A DNA stretch of 31,777 bases, taken from contig PXDG01000050.1 in the NCBI GenBank assembly GCA_003565105.1, forward strand, positions 1 to 31,777. The letters are read 5' to 3'. The DNA comes from Parcubacteria group bacterium (GTDB taxonomy: Bacteria > Patescibacteriota > Minisyncoccia > SW-4-49-11). The notes below the pieces were generated by a model. The model searched no databases, was not told the origin of the DNA, and was given only the letters and a program-made list of their open reading frames with translations. The translations under genes and the position numbers were made by a program. The stretch's first letter is position 1. Each line of letters starts with the position of its first letter. Below are positions 22,911 through 31,129 of this stretch, in pieces.

Positions 22911-22975
22911 CCTCCATCACTAAACTACCTAAACCATATCAAAATTACGAGTAAATGTAAAGTAGGTTATCCACA
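22911..22975 (-). promoter_or_regulatory. nblA promoter, Shine-Dalgarno site and upstream DnaA-box 9-mer
   Basis: TTTACA (22961-22956)-N17-TATGGT (22938-22933) with TG extension; GGAGG at 22915-22911; TTATCCACA on the + strand at 22967-22975. Confidence 0.55.
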
Positions 22976-22992
22976 TTAGACAGGATTATAGC

Positions 22993-23184
22993 CTACCCAC
23001 CTTCTGATTCACTTCTTAATTTGCGAATAGAAAAGGATTGTATCATTTTTTTTGATACTTTACCATGTTGCTCAAAAAAAATATGCCGTGCTTTGGTATC
23101 CATATATTTATCTTCAAATACAGTACCATCTCGAAGTTTAACTCGAACAGTCTTACCTTTATATGTTGAGGAATGAGTTGACAT
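22993..23184 (-). CDS. Small basic hypothetical protein, possible Sm/Hfq-like beta fold (63 aa)
   Basis: MSTHSSTYKGKTVRVKLRDGTVFEDKY..HIFFE..KV.KKMIQSFSIRK; fills the pepA-nblA gap on the coding strand. Start at 23184 preferred over 23217. Confidence 0.6.
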   Translation of the reverse strand: MSTHSSTYKGKTVRVKLRDGTVFEDKYMDTKARHIFFEQHGKVSKKMIQSFSIRKLRSESEGG

Positions 23185-23259
23185 AAAAGAAACGTATCTC
23201 GTTATCACAGAAGCCAATTAGTATAGAATCAGTAATCAGCTTCTGTAGAAAATGAGATA

Positions 23260-24777
23260 TTATATATCTTGCTGGTCAATTTTTTGCACAAAGCGTACTA
23301 ATGATCGTACTGTTTGACCAGTAGCTCCATCAACACCTATGGCATTTTTCTTTTTGTTATAAGCTGATCCTGCAATGTCTAGATGAGCCCATTTATAAGC
23401 TTTTGGTGATTGAATATCGAGATTAGTATTTCTAAATAAATTCTGATCTACAAAATGAGATAAGAATAATCCAGCAGTAATATGCCCTCCCATTCCAGCT
23501 TCTTTTCCAAGATTCAAAAGATCTGCAACATCCCCTTGTACTTGCTCTCGAAGAACTTCTGCCATAGGAACATATATTGTTTTTTCTTGTTGCTCAAGGA
23601 AAGTTTCTTGCAAGAGCTCAATCAACTCTCGATCGTTTCCCATCAAAGCAGTGAAGTGTTCTGTAAGAGCCCGAACACAAGCCCCAGTCAAAGTTGCTGC
23701 ATCAATAATATAATCAGGATCTTGGAGCGTAGCGTATGTTAAAGCATCTGCCAAAGTTAATCTTCCTTCTGCATCGGTATTGATAACTTCAATCGTTTGA
23801 CCTGAATAGGAAGTCAGAATGTCATCCGACTTATAGGCATTTCCTCCCACCATATTCTCTGCAAAGGCAGAAATCCAATGAACTTCTGTATGATCTAAAT
23901 CAAGAAGTGATAATGTTTTCATTACTCCAAACATTGTAGCGGATCCCCCCATATCCATTTTCATCGTTTTCATATGTCCTCCAACTTTGATATCCAATCC
24001 TCCAGAATCATAGGTCAAGCCCTTTCCGACCAAAGCAATACGATTTTTGACATCGCCTTCTGGCTTCATAACTACATGCACTAACACTGGCGGATTTATA
24101 CTCGCCCTCCCAACTGCTAGAAAAGCTCCCATACCCATTTCTTCTAATGCATCTTTATGGATAATTGAGACTTCAACTTGAGACTTCCCTTCAAATTCAG
24201 TACGAATTCGATCTACCACAGTAGCTGGGTTAAAAGTATTTGGTGGTAAATCAATTACTTCTCTGGTCAAAGTAATTCCTTTTGCTAACGCAGCTAACTC
24301 ACGCTCTACTTTCAAGGTTTTCAATGAAGTATCTTCTTCTGACAATGACAAAGTCAAGGTTTTAGATTGTTTTTTATCTGGAGCTAAATAGGTGTCTAAC
24401 TTCCAAGCTGCTTGATACATTCCTAATGCAAATCTCAATAGGGCATCTTGCTTTGAGTCATCTGAACCTTCTCCGTCACAAAACCCGTGTAAGGTAAAAG
24501 TATCAATATTCGTTTTTGACAGACTATGAATAACTGAGCTTCCTAACTCATAAAAGTCAACCTCATCCCATACATCAGTAGATTTTATCGATGACTCTTT
24601 AGTAACCCCTATATATACAGCATTAGATTCAGGAAGATAAGCTATCTGCTTATATGCTCCAGTAAACTTCATACACTCTCTTAATTCTTCAGTCAGAACT
24701 GATTTCACTGATTCTTTCCTAACTAAATACACGTGTGTAGCGGTTGTAAGTGGAATGGGCGAAAACGTATAATTCAT
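23260..24777 (-). CDS. pepA: M17 leucyl aminopeptidase
   Basis: Metal and catalytic motifs VGKGLTYDSGGLDIK, MKMDMGGSA, NTDAEGRLTLADAL and WAHLDIAG; TGgTATAAT promoter at 24809-24801. Confidence 0.95.
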   Translation of the reverse strand: MNYTFSPIPLTTATHVYLVRKESVKSVLTEELRECMKFTGAYKQIAYLPESNAVYIGVTKESSIKSTDVWDEVDFYELGSSVIHSLSKTNIDTFTLHGFCDGEGSDDSKQDALLRFALGMYQAAWKLDTYLAPDKKQSKTLTLSLSEEDTSLKTLKVERELAALAKGITLTREVIDLPPNTFNPATVVDRIRTEFEGKSQVEVSIIHKDALEEMGMGAFLAVGRASINPPVLVHVVMKPEGDVKNRIALVGKGLTYDSGGLDIKVGGHMKTMKMDMGGSATMFGVMKTLSLLDLDHTEVHWISAFAENMVGGNAYKSDDILTSYSGQTIEVINTDAEGRLTLADALTYATLQDPDYIIDAATLTGACVRALTEHFTALMGNDRELIELLQETFLEQQEKTIYVPMAEVLREQVQGDVADLLNLGKEAGMGGHITAGLFLSHFVDQNLFRNTNLDIQSPKAYKWAHLDIAGSAYNKKKNAIGVDGATGQTVRSLVRFVQKIDQQDI

Positions 24778-24852
24778 AGTATATATCTTAATATATCTTT
24801 ATTATACCATAAAGAGCTAAAAATTGAACAATTTCTCTTACCATCCCCTTTC

Positions 24853-24884
24853 AAAAAAATCGAACAAACCTGAGAGGGCTTGTT
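24853..24884 (-). terminator. Intrinsic terminator after dus
   Basis: Minus strand AACAAGCC-ctctca-GGTTTGTT-CGATTTTTTT. Confidence 0.6.
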
Positions 24885-24903
24885 AAGAATACGTATCGCC
24901 AAA

Positions 24904-25890
24904 CTATTGCTCCGCGATGTCTTTTCGTAACACCTCGTAGATATATGCAAGAACTTCTTTTGCAGTAGTACATTGAACTAACTCTGATCTTAAAACCTGA
25001 GCTCCTGGAAATCCTTGAAGATACACCTTGAAAAACTTTTTCATAATAGCAAAGTTTTTGTTCGTTCCCCAGGTTTGATCAAATAACGTAACGTGTTTCG
25101 CTAAAAGCTCCAAGCGATCTTGCACAGATTTTTGCGTAGGATCAATATTTTTATCAAAAATCCACGGATTTGAAAATACTCCTCGACCAATCATTACCCC
25201 ATCCATTCCGTAAGCAGCTACCAAGTCTAGCCCATGCTGATATGAGCTCACATCTCCGTTACCGATAATCAATGTCTCGGGTGATTCTGATTCACGAAGT
25301 GCAATAATTCGAGACATTTCTTCCCATCGTGCAGGTACATCAGAGAGATCACGAACAGTCCTCATATGAATAGCCAGTGCAGGAAGATTGAACGCTAATA
25401 AATGACCAATCCACTCCTCAGTTTGAATTTCTTTAAAGCCTAAACGAGTCTTGACGGTGACAGGCATTTCCCCTGCCCCCTCCTGAGCAGCTTGAATAAT
25501 ATCTGTAGCCAAAGAAGGTGTTTTGATCAAAGCAGAACAAGCTCCTTGCTTAATAACTTTCTTTACAGGGCACCCCATATTAATATCTAATCCATCAAAG
25601 CCTTTCTCTCTCGCTAGTTTTGCTGCCTGGTAATAATGTTCGGGTGTTACACCCCAAATCTGGGCTACGAGCGGACGTTCTTGTTCTGTATATTGCAATC
25701 TATGAACAACCTTAGAATGTCCATACTCCGAAGCGAGCCCTTCAACACTCGTAAACTCCGTTACCATAACATCAGGTTGTCCACACTCTGCAACAATTCT
25801 CCGAAATACAGTGTCCGTTACATCTTCCATTGGAGCTAATACAAAAAACGGTCGAGGAAGGTGATGCCAAAAAGAATTCTGTATATTCAT
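24904..25890 (-). CDS. dus: tRNA-dihydrouridine synthase (DusB/C-like)
   Basis: LAPMEDVTD, DINMGCP, GACSALIK, VTVKTRLG, IIGNGDV and GVMIGRG. Confidence 0.93.
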   Translation of the reverse strand: MNIQNSFWHHLPRPFFVLAPMEDVTDTVFRRIVAECGQPDVMVTEFTSVEGLASEYGHSKVVHRLQYTEQERPLVAQIWGVTPEHYYQAAKLAREKGFDGLDINMGCPVKKVIKQGACSALIKTPSLATDIIQAAQEGAGEMPVTVKTRLGFKEIQTEEWIGHLLAFNLPALAIHMRTVRDLSDVPARWEEMSRIIALRESESPETLIIGNGDVSSYQHGLDLVAAYGMDGVMIGRGVFSNPWIFDKNIDPTQKSVQDRLELLAKHVTLFDQTWGTNKNFAIMKKFFKVYLQGFPGAQVLRSELVQCTTAKEVLAYIYEVLRKDIAEQ

Positions 25891-25932
25891 CTCTCTATGA
25901 TTGTTTAATTATTATCATTACTTGTATAAAAC

Positions 25933-25972
25933 CAAACGCACACTCTATTATAGAAATGTGCGTTTGTATCAA
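25933..25972 (-). terminator. Hairpin after hsp20, likely terminator
   Basis: CAAACGCACA (25933-25942)/TGTGCGTTTG (25957-25966) 10-bp inverted repeat, followed on the minus strand by GTTTTAT. Confidence 0.55.
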
Positions 25973-25987
25973 AGGGTTGTAACCAAT

Positions 25988-26503
25988 TTATTTAATCGGA
26001 ATCTTCTTTGATTTAACTTTTTCAGATTTTGGTAATGTGACACTGAGGACACCATCTTTGAGTTCAGCAGATGCTTTCTCTGCATCAACATCAATCGGAA
26101 GGATGACTGAGCGAGAGAATCCTCCCCAATAACACTCTTGATAAAAGTAATTTTCTTGCTTAACTCGAGCAGAATTTCGTCGTTGCCCTGATATGGTTAC
26201 CATATCATTTGTAATAGACACGTCCAGATCCTTAGAAGTCACTCCTGCAATAGTTGAGACAATGACAATATCGTTTTCCGTTTGAAACACGTCAATCGTT
26301 AGAGCTCCTTCTACTGATTCGTCATCTTCTTCATCTGAGATAGACTGCATTACTGGTTGTTCAACCTCTTCTTCAACTTCTTCGATTACTTCTTCCTCTG
26401 CAAAGCGACTTCGCAAGCTCTCTCTGAGATCCTGCTCTTCTACCAAGGCATCGTTATCATCAAAGTCCACGGCTCCTGTTAATTTTCGTAAGATGCTAGA
26501 CAT
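25988..26503 (-). CDS. Hsp20/alpha-crystallin small heat-shock protein
   Basis: IDVFQT..IVIVSTIAGV..DLDVSI..VTISGQR, ECYWGGFSRSVILP..VD..A.LKDGVLSVTLPK; acidic N-terminal extension. Confidence 0.93.
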   Translation of the reverse strand: MSSILRKLTGAVDFDDNDALVEEQDLRESLRSRFAEEEVIEEVEEEVEQPVMQSISDEEDDESVEGALTIDVFQTENDIVIVSTIAGVTSKDLDVSITNDMVTISGQRRNSARVKQENYFYQECYWGGFSRSVILPIDVDAEKASAELKDGVLSVTLPKSEKVKSKKIPIK

Positions 26504-26577
26504 ACATTTTGGTTAAATTAGTATTACCTTCTTGTATTGATTTTATCATACCAAACCATTGCAAAAAAGGCAAGAAT

Positions 26578-27276
26578 TTATTGCGAATCTGTTTGCAGTT
26601 CTTTCACTAAATGCAACATATACAAAAAACTCGGGATAAACACAACCAAATAAAACACTTGGAACATTTCAAGGTTCCCTTCACTCATCTGGATGGAGTA
26701 ATTGTAGAGTCCATGGAAACCGATACTAGCCAAAGCACCTGTGAGTAAAATGAATACATTTCGATTATTGCGGTATATAGCTAAAGCGTAACCAAAGAAA
26801 AAGGTACTCATAATATGCACTAATACTGCAGTAATTGATCGAACCAGTAATAATTGCTCTAACCCATTTCCCATAGAATCAAAGCGAGCGAGTACTAACA
26901 CAAAATTCTCAATTCCTGCAAATCCAAGTGCTATTGTTGCTGCATAAATAAATATATCTATTGGTTCATCCCAAAATTGAGCTGTCATAGCGAAAAAGTA
27001 AAGTAACAGGACTTTCATAACCTCTTCGTTGACAGCTCCAGTGAGAAAAGAAAGAAGTACTGGATTGAATTCTTGTCCTGAACTCACCAGTGCGGATTGA
27101 ATAAAGTAGCCTATCATTAGAATCGGTATTGCAGACAGTATTCCAATAATGAAAACAAAGCTTATATCACGAATGCGTTCAGGATGAATATCCTTTTTCA
27201 ATACAAAGTAAAGCCAAGCCAGACTTGGCGCAAACGCAATAAACAATGAATATACAATGAGCAGAATGTTCTGCAT
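26578..27276 (-). CDS. PrsW family intramembrane metalloprotease
   Basis: DIHPE, GAVNEEVMK (EExxK), GFAGIEN, VHIMST and HGLYN motifs in a multi-TM protein. Confidence 0.9.
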   Translation of the reverse strand: MQNILLIVYSLFIAFAPSLAWLYFVLKKDIHPERIRDISFVFIIGILSAIPILMIGYFIQSALVSSGQEFNPVLLSFLTGAVNEEVMKVLLLYFFAMTAQFWDEPIDIFIYAATIALGFAGIENFVLVLARFDSMGNGLEQLLLVRSITAVLVHIMSTFFFGYALAIYRNNRNVFILLTGALASIGFHGLYNYSIQMSEGNLEMFQVFYLVVFIPSFLYMLHLVKELQTDSQ

Positions 27277-27282
27277 AGAAAG

Positions 27283-27627
27283 TTATTCTACCATTTCTTT
27301 TAATTGACTTTTGACTTTTCGGGCGTATTCTCGATCAAGTTTTGAACGTTTTTCCTTTGACCTCCGAACTTCTTGTAATAAATTATCTATCGCCAAATCC
27401 GTTGCTGTAATAACATTTTCTGCACCCCCTTCACTAATCCAATATTGATCAGGTTCGATACATTTTACTGATACAGATACTTGACTATCAGGCAGCTCGC
27501 CTTCTATTCTGCACTCTAACCAAGCTTCCACACCAGCTACTTTGGAAAGTTTCGAACATTTCTCTTGAATAGTATTTTGAATATCTACTGGAACAGTAAT
27601 ATGTTTAAAAAAGAAATCTATTTTCAT
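27283..27627 (-). CDS. hpf: Ribosome hibernation promoting factor (HPF/RaiA family)
   Basis: Size and pattern (I.EKCSKLSK, V.V.., A.N..TATDLAIDNL.QEVRR.KEK) match short HPF. Confidence 0.7.
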   Translation of the reverse strand: MKIDFFFKHITVPVDIQNTIQEKCSKLSKVAGVEAWLECRIEGELPDSQVSVSVKCIEPDQYWISEGGAENVITATDLAIDNLLQEVRRSKEKRSKLDREYARKVKSQLKEMVE

Positions 27628-27688
27628 ATCTTTGTATAATTATCCTACTATTCTATTATACCTCATTTTAGAAAATTTGTCTTATCCA

Positions 27689-28639
27689 TTAACGGTATCG
27701 TAAATATTGATCTAAATACACAGCCTCCTCCTTAATACAAACTCCAAACACTTCTTTCACTCGATCTTGTATCTTAGTAATTAACGCCTGAACATCTGCA
27801 AAAGTTGCATCATTATTGGGGTTTATAATATAATTAGCATGCTTAGAACTCACTTCTACACCTCCTACTTTTGTTCCTTTTAAGCCTGCCTGTTCAATAA
27901 GATATCCTGATGGGATAATCCCCTGCTTATTAAACTCTACTAATTGAGGATACTGGTTCAATAATTTCTGCTCTGTTATCTTACGCTCATCATAGTTTTG
28001 AAAAATACACCCTGAACAAGCGACTCCAACTGGTTGATTCTGTTGCTTTCGCTGAATAAATTCTCGTACTTGCGTTCGCGCTTCCTCAACGTCTCCAGGC
28101 TGCAGAGTAAATAGACCTGAAAGAATAATATCCGTATTTTCTGAGTCCTTAAACATTGAGTATCGATACGCAAACTCAATGTCATCTTTTGGTATCTCAC
28201 AAACAAGACCATCTCTCAACACTCTCACAGAAGTTAATAAATCTTTCGTCTCTCCTCCAAAAGCCCCAGCATTTCCCCGTATAGCGCCCCCAACACTCGC
28301 GGGCACTGATGGACACCACTCCAGACCAACAAGGCCTGCTTGATGCGTTTTTGCAGTCAAAGCACTAAAGGAAACTCCTGCTTCTGCGTATACTTCATTT
28401 CCTTCAATAGAAACACCTTGGGTCGCAATCTTAATAATCACTGCATCGATCACTTGATCATCCCGAATAATCAAATTACATCCTGCACCAATAAGCCCTA
28501 CTGGCAATTGATGTTCACGAGCAAAAGCCACAGCCTCAATAATTTCAGCTTCTGTCTTGGCGATCACAAAGTACCGTGCATTCCCGCCAATACGGAATGT
28601 TGTATATGGTTTCAGGGAAATATGTTCTTGTAAATTCAT
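27689..28639 (-). CDS. murB: UDP-N-acetylenolpyruvoylglucosamine reductase
   Basis: LKPYTTFRIGGNARYF, IGAGCNL, GLEW..SVPASVGGAIRGNAGAFGGE, FAYRYSMFK, SGCIFQN, LIEQAGLKG and SSKHANYIIN. Confidence 0.95.
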   Translation of the reverse strand: MNLQEHISLKPYTTFRIGGNARYFVIAKTEAEIIEAVAFAREHQLPVGLIGAGCNLIIRDDQVIDAVIIKIATQGVSIEGNEVYAEAGVSFSALTAKTHQAGLVGLEWCPSVPASVGGAIRGNAGAFGGETKDLLTSVRVLRDGLVCEIPKDDIEFAYRYSMFKDSENTDIILSGLFTLQPGDVEEARTQVREFIQRKQQNQPVGVACSGCIFQNYDERKITEQKLLNQYPQLVEFNKQGIIPSGYLIEQAGLKGTKVGGVEVSSKHANYIINPNNDATFADVQALITKIQDRVKEVFGVCIKEEAVYLDQYLRYR

Positions 28640-28649
28640 AGAATTATCA

Positions 28650-31115
28650 TTATCTTAATCGTAATCCGAAGTACTGATCTTGTCTCATCACACCTTCATA
28701 CTGTAGCGAATAAGGGGTCTTTTGGTCAATTTCTTGAGAAGATACCTGCCAATCAATATTCCATTGAGGAGGAACATTGATTCTATGTTCAAATTGCCCT
28801 CCGACAACTCCAGATTGTTTTTGATGTAAAAAAGTGTAGATTTGGTGGGGTTTAACCCGAAATGGGAGCTCATACGTAACGGAAATTTCTGAAGTATCTT
28901 GAGGAGGGGTCACTCGCCATCCAGCAAAGACTGTTTTGCCTGACTCCACACTCTCCGTCACATTCCATTCCGAGTAATGTTGCTCTGTCTGTTCTACCGA
29001 TCGCAAGATTGGATCTCTATCATACGCAGCGATATTTTCTCCCCACTCAAAGGGTTGTTGTCGATCTTCAAATCCAGTTGAACCAATCAAAGTTGATCCT
29101 TTTGGAACATATATCCGCATATAATTAATATGTGGGCGGTTCCACCACTCAAACTCTGTTTCTCCTCCCTTATGATGTCTCCTGACCGTAACGGTATTTG
29201 TCACTCTCCCATCTTCAGCAATCTGTGTGTTAATAGTAAAGTCATCCTCTATCACTCCATCGGTCTTAAATCCACCAATATTAGAATGATTCACTTGCAA
29301 ATAATCCTTATCTGTCTGATACAAATGCCCTCCGATATTTAATTTTTCTACACGTTGTTGCAACTGAGTATCTAAAAAGTATAACAATATATGACGTTCT
29401 TGAAACGAACTCATAATTGACTCCAATACCTCAGGGAATTGCTCTTGTCCTGCGTTTAATAAGCGAGAAATCAACTCTGGAGCCAAATCATCAATAAACT
29501 GTTTCGGCCGATTTTCTTCAATATCATAGGCTTCACCAGTCTGATACTGAGTAATACGCACAAAGTTATCCGCATTAACAATGGTATCATACTCTTCCAT
29601 CTCAATAGGCCCTGTAATACGTAATAACCGCTCAATAACGGTAGGAGTCAGAGAAATCACTCCATCAGGAGTAGCTCCCCCCGTTTTTTCATAAAAGTTC
29701 ATTATTCGTTCTGCACTCGTTGGGAAATCAGCAAACCAATTCACATCTCGTAAAAACCATTGTGGTGTTAATTCTTGTAATGGTTTTGGTGGTTGAATTT
29801 GTCGGGTAAGTTGTCCATCTGGACGATAAATTTCCTCAATTGATAAGGATTCAACCACACCTTGATCGATATTCATTACTCCATAACTCCCGATAAACCC
29901 TCCCGTAGCCCGTAGCTCTTGATTATTTTGAAAAATAAAGAGATACCTTCGGCCATAATCATATCCTACAAAAGTCAAGAACACATCAATAATCTGATCA
30001 AAATCTTGCAACAAATCTAACGTCACAGGAAGTGCCTTTTGCACAAATACAAGATCGTTTCGAACACTCCCAGGAACGATCCGAGAAGGAATAGCTTGAA
30101 TATCTTTTTCTATTTCACGTATAATAGGATACATCTTTCGTGTAACATCTTGAATGTCTTTCATACTTTCCGTAAGATTTTTTTCAGAAGCTGGATCAAA
30201 TGGATTTACTTTATTTTCAGAAAATGGCTCCAGAGTTTGTAATAGTTCAGCAGATAAGATACTAAGTTCCGCAGTATTTTGTGTTAATCGTTCAATACGA
30301 AAACCTAAAGACAACCCTGGTATATGACGAGTAATCAGCCCAATATTTCCTTGAAGTGAAGATATTTCAGATGAAGCATTGCTCAAACCAAATGAAACAT
30401 CCTCCAAATGTTCCGCAATAGCAAATAACCCCAGCTCTTCATCTGTTCTTACCAACTTTTCAGCAGCAGCTACTTGCAGAGAAATATTATCTTTTACTCT
30501 CACACCTCGATTGAGAAAGAAAAAACTCGGAAGTACAAGGTTGGACAGAATAATCAAGATAGAAAAAGCAATAAAAGCAGGTTTCAGTTCAGGATACCAC
30601 TTGAGTCTTGGAATAGATATTTCTGGAAATTGAATCTCAGGAAATTGAATTTCTGGTAAACTGACATCAGTTACAAACGAGCCTATTTGTTTTCTCCATT
30701 TTTCAAAGTGAGCATTCTCAAACAGTCTGTGAGTAGGAGGAACCTCTCCTCTTACAGAGTTTTTCTGGTTCTGAGGAACAAATTGTACTGGATTAATATC
30801 CAATGGTAAACCCTGATATGTTGATGGAAGAGCCTCCTCCTTCGACAAAAACAACTCCAATGAATCAGTAGCTAAGCATCTTGATGAGGATGAATCTGAG
30901 GAGGGTAATTCTCTTAAATCATCAAAATAATCTACATAATCACCTTTTTTCACATCAGAATATTCTTTTGTAAAACTTGGACCTAAATCTAAATCAAAGT
31001 CCATCCAATGAGTCGTTGAATGAGAATCGGTATTTGAAGAAGACTGATAATTACGCTCAGTGGAGCGAGACACTATTTGTTTTAGATCAACCACTGATGG
31101 CGATTTTCGAGACAT
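28650..31115 (-). CDS. DUF4012 domain membrane-anchored protein
   Basis: Disordered N-terminus, one TM, helical region, then RRYLFIFQNNQELRATGGFIGSYG, RDVNWFADFPTSA, DGVISLTP, LLRITGPI and YMRIYVPKGS. Confidence 0.85.
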   Translation of the reverse strand: MSRKSPSVVDLKQIVSRSTERNYQSSSNTDSHSTTHWMDFDLDLGPSFTKEYSDVKKGDYVDYFDDLRELPSSDSSSSRCLATDSLELFLSKEEALPSTYQGLPLDINPVQFVPQNQKNSVRGEVPPTHRLFENAHFEKWRKQIGSFVTDVSLPEIQFPEIQFPEISIPRLKWYPELKPAFIAFSILIILSNLVLPSFFFLNRGVRVKDNISLQVAAAEKLVRTDEELGLFAIAEHLEDVSFGLSNASSEISSLQGNIGLITRHIPGLSLGFRIERLTQNTAELSILSAELLQTLEPFSENKVNPFDPASEKNLTESMKDIQDVTRKMYPIIREIEKDIQAIPSRIVPGSVRNDLVFVQKALPVTLDLLQDFDQIIDVFLTFVGYDYGRRYLFIFQNNQELRATGGFIGSYGVMNIDQGVVESLSIEEIYRPDGQLTRQIQPPKPLQELTPQWFLRDVNWFADFPTSAERIMNFYEKTGGATPDGVISLTPTVIERLLRITGPIEMEEYDTIVNADNFVRITQYQTGEAYDIEENRPKQFIDDLAPELISRLLNAGQEQFPEVLESIMSSFQERHILLYFLDTQLQQRVEKLNIGGHLYQTDKDYLQVNHSNIGGFKTDGVIEDDFTINTQIAEDGRVTNTVTVRRHHKGGETEFEWWNRPHINYMRIYVPKGSTLIGSTGFEDRQQPFEWGENIAAYDRDPILRSVEQTEQHYSEWNVTESVESGKTVFAGWRVTPPQDTSEISVTYELPFRVKPHQIYTFLHQKQSGVVGGQFEHRINVPPQWNIDWQVSSQEIDQKTPYSLQYEGVMRQDQYFGLRLR
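30621..30656. repeat. Short 15-bp tandem repeat encoding PEIQF-PEIQF-PEI
   Basis: GGAAATTGAATCTCA / GGAAATTGAATTTCT adjacent copies inside the DUF4012 gene. Confidence 0.5.
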
Positions 31116-31129
31116 ATGAGCAATGCTAT

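Noticed and set aside
22903-22920. Longer 68-aa nblA start (GTG at 22920)
   Set aside because: The ATG at 22902 has a well-spaced GGAGG and gives the same register as known NblA; the extension is probably untranslated.
22957-22970. NtcA-like site upstream of nblA (ATA-N8-TAC on the minus strand)
   Set aside because: One mismatch to GTA-N8-TAC, and 18 nt from the -10 rather than the about 22 nt of NtcA-activated promoters.
22030-26577. CIRCE or CtsR heat-shock operators upstream of clpB or hsp20
   Set aside because: No TTAGCACTC-N9-GAGTGCTAA or CtsR heptad repeats are visible in either upstream region.
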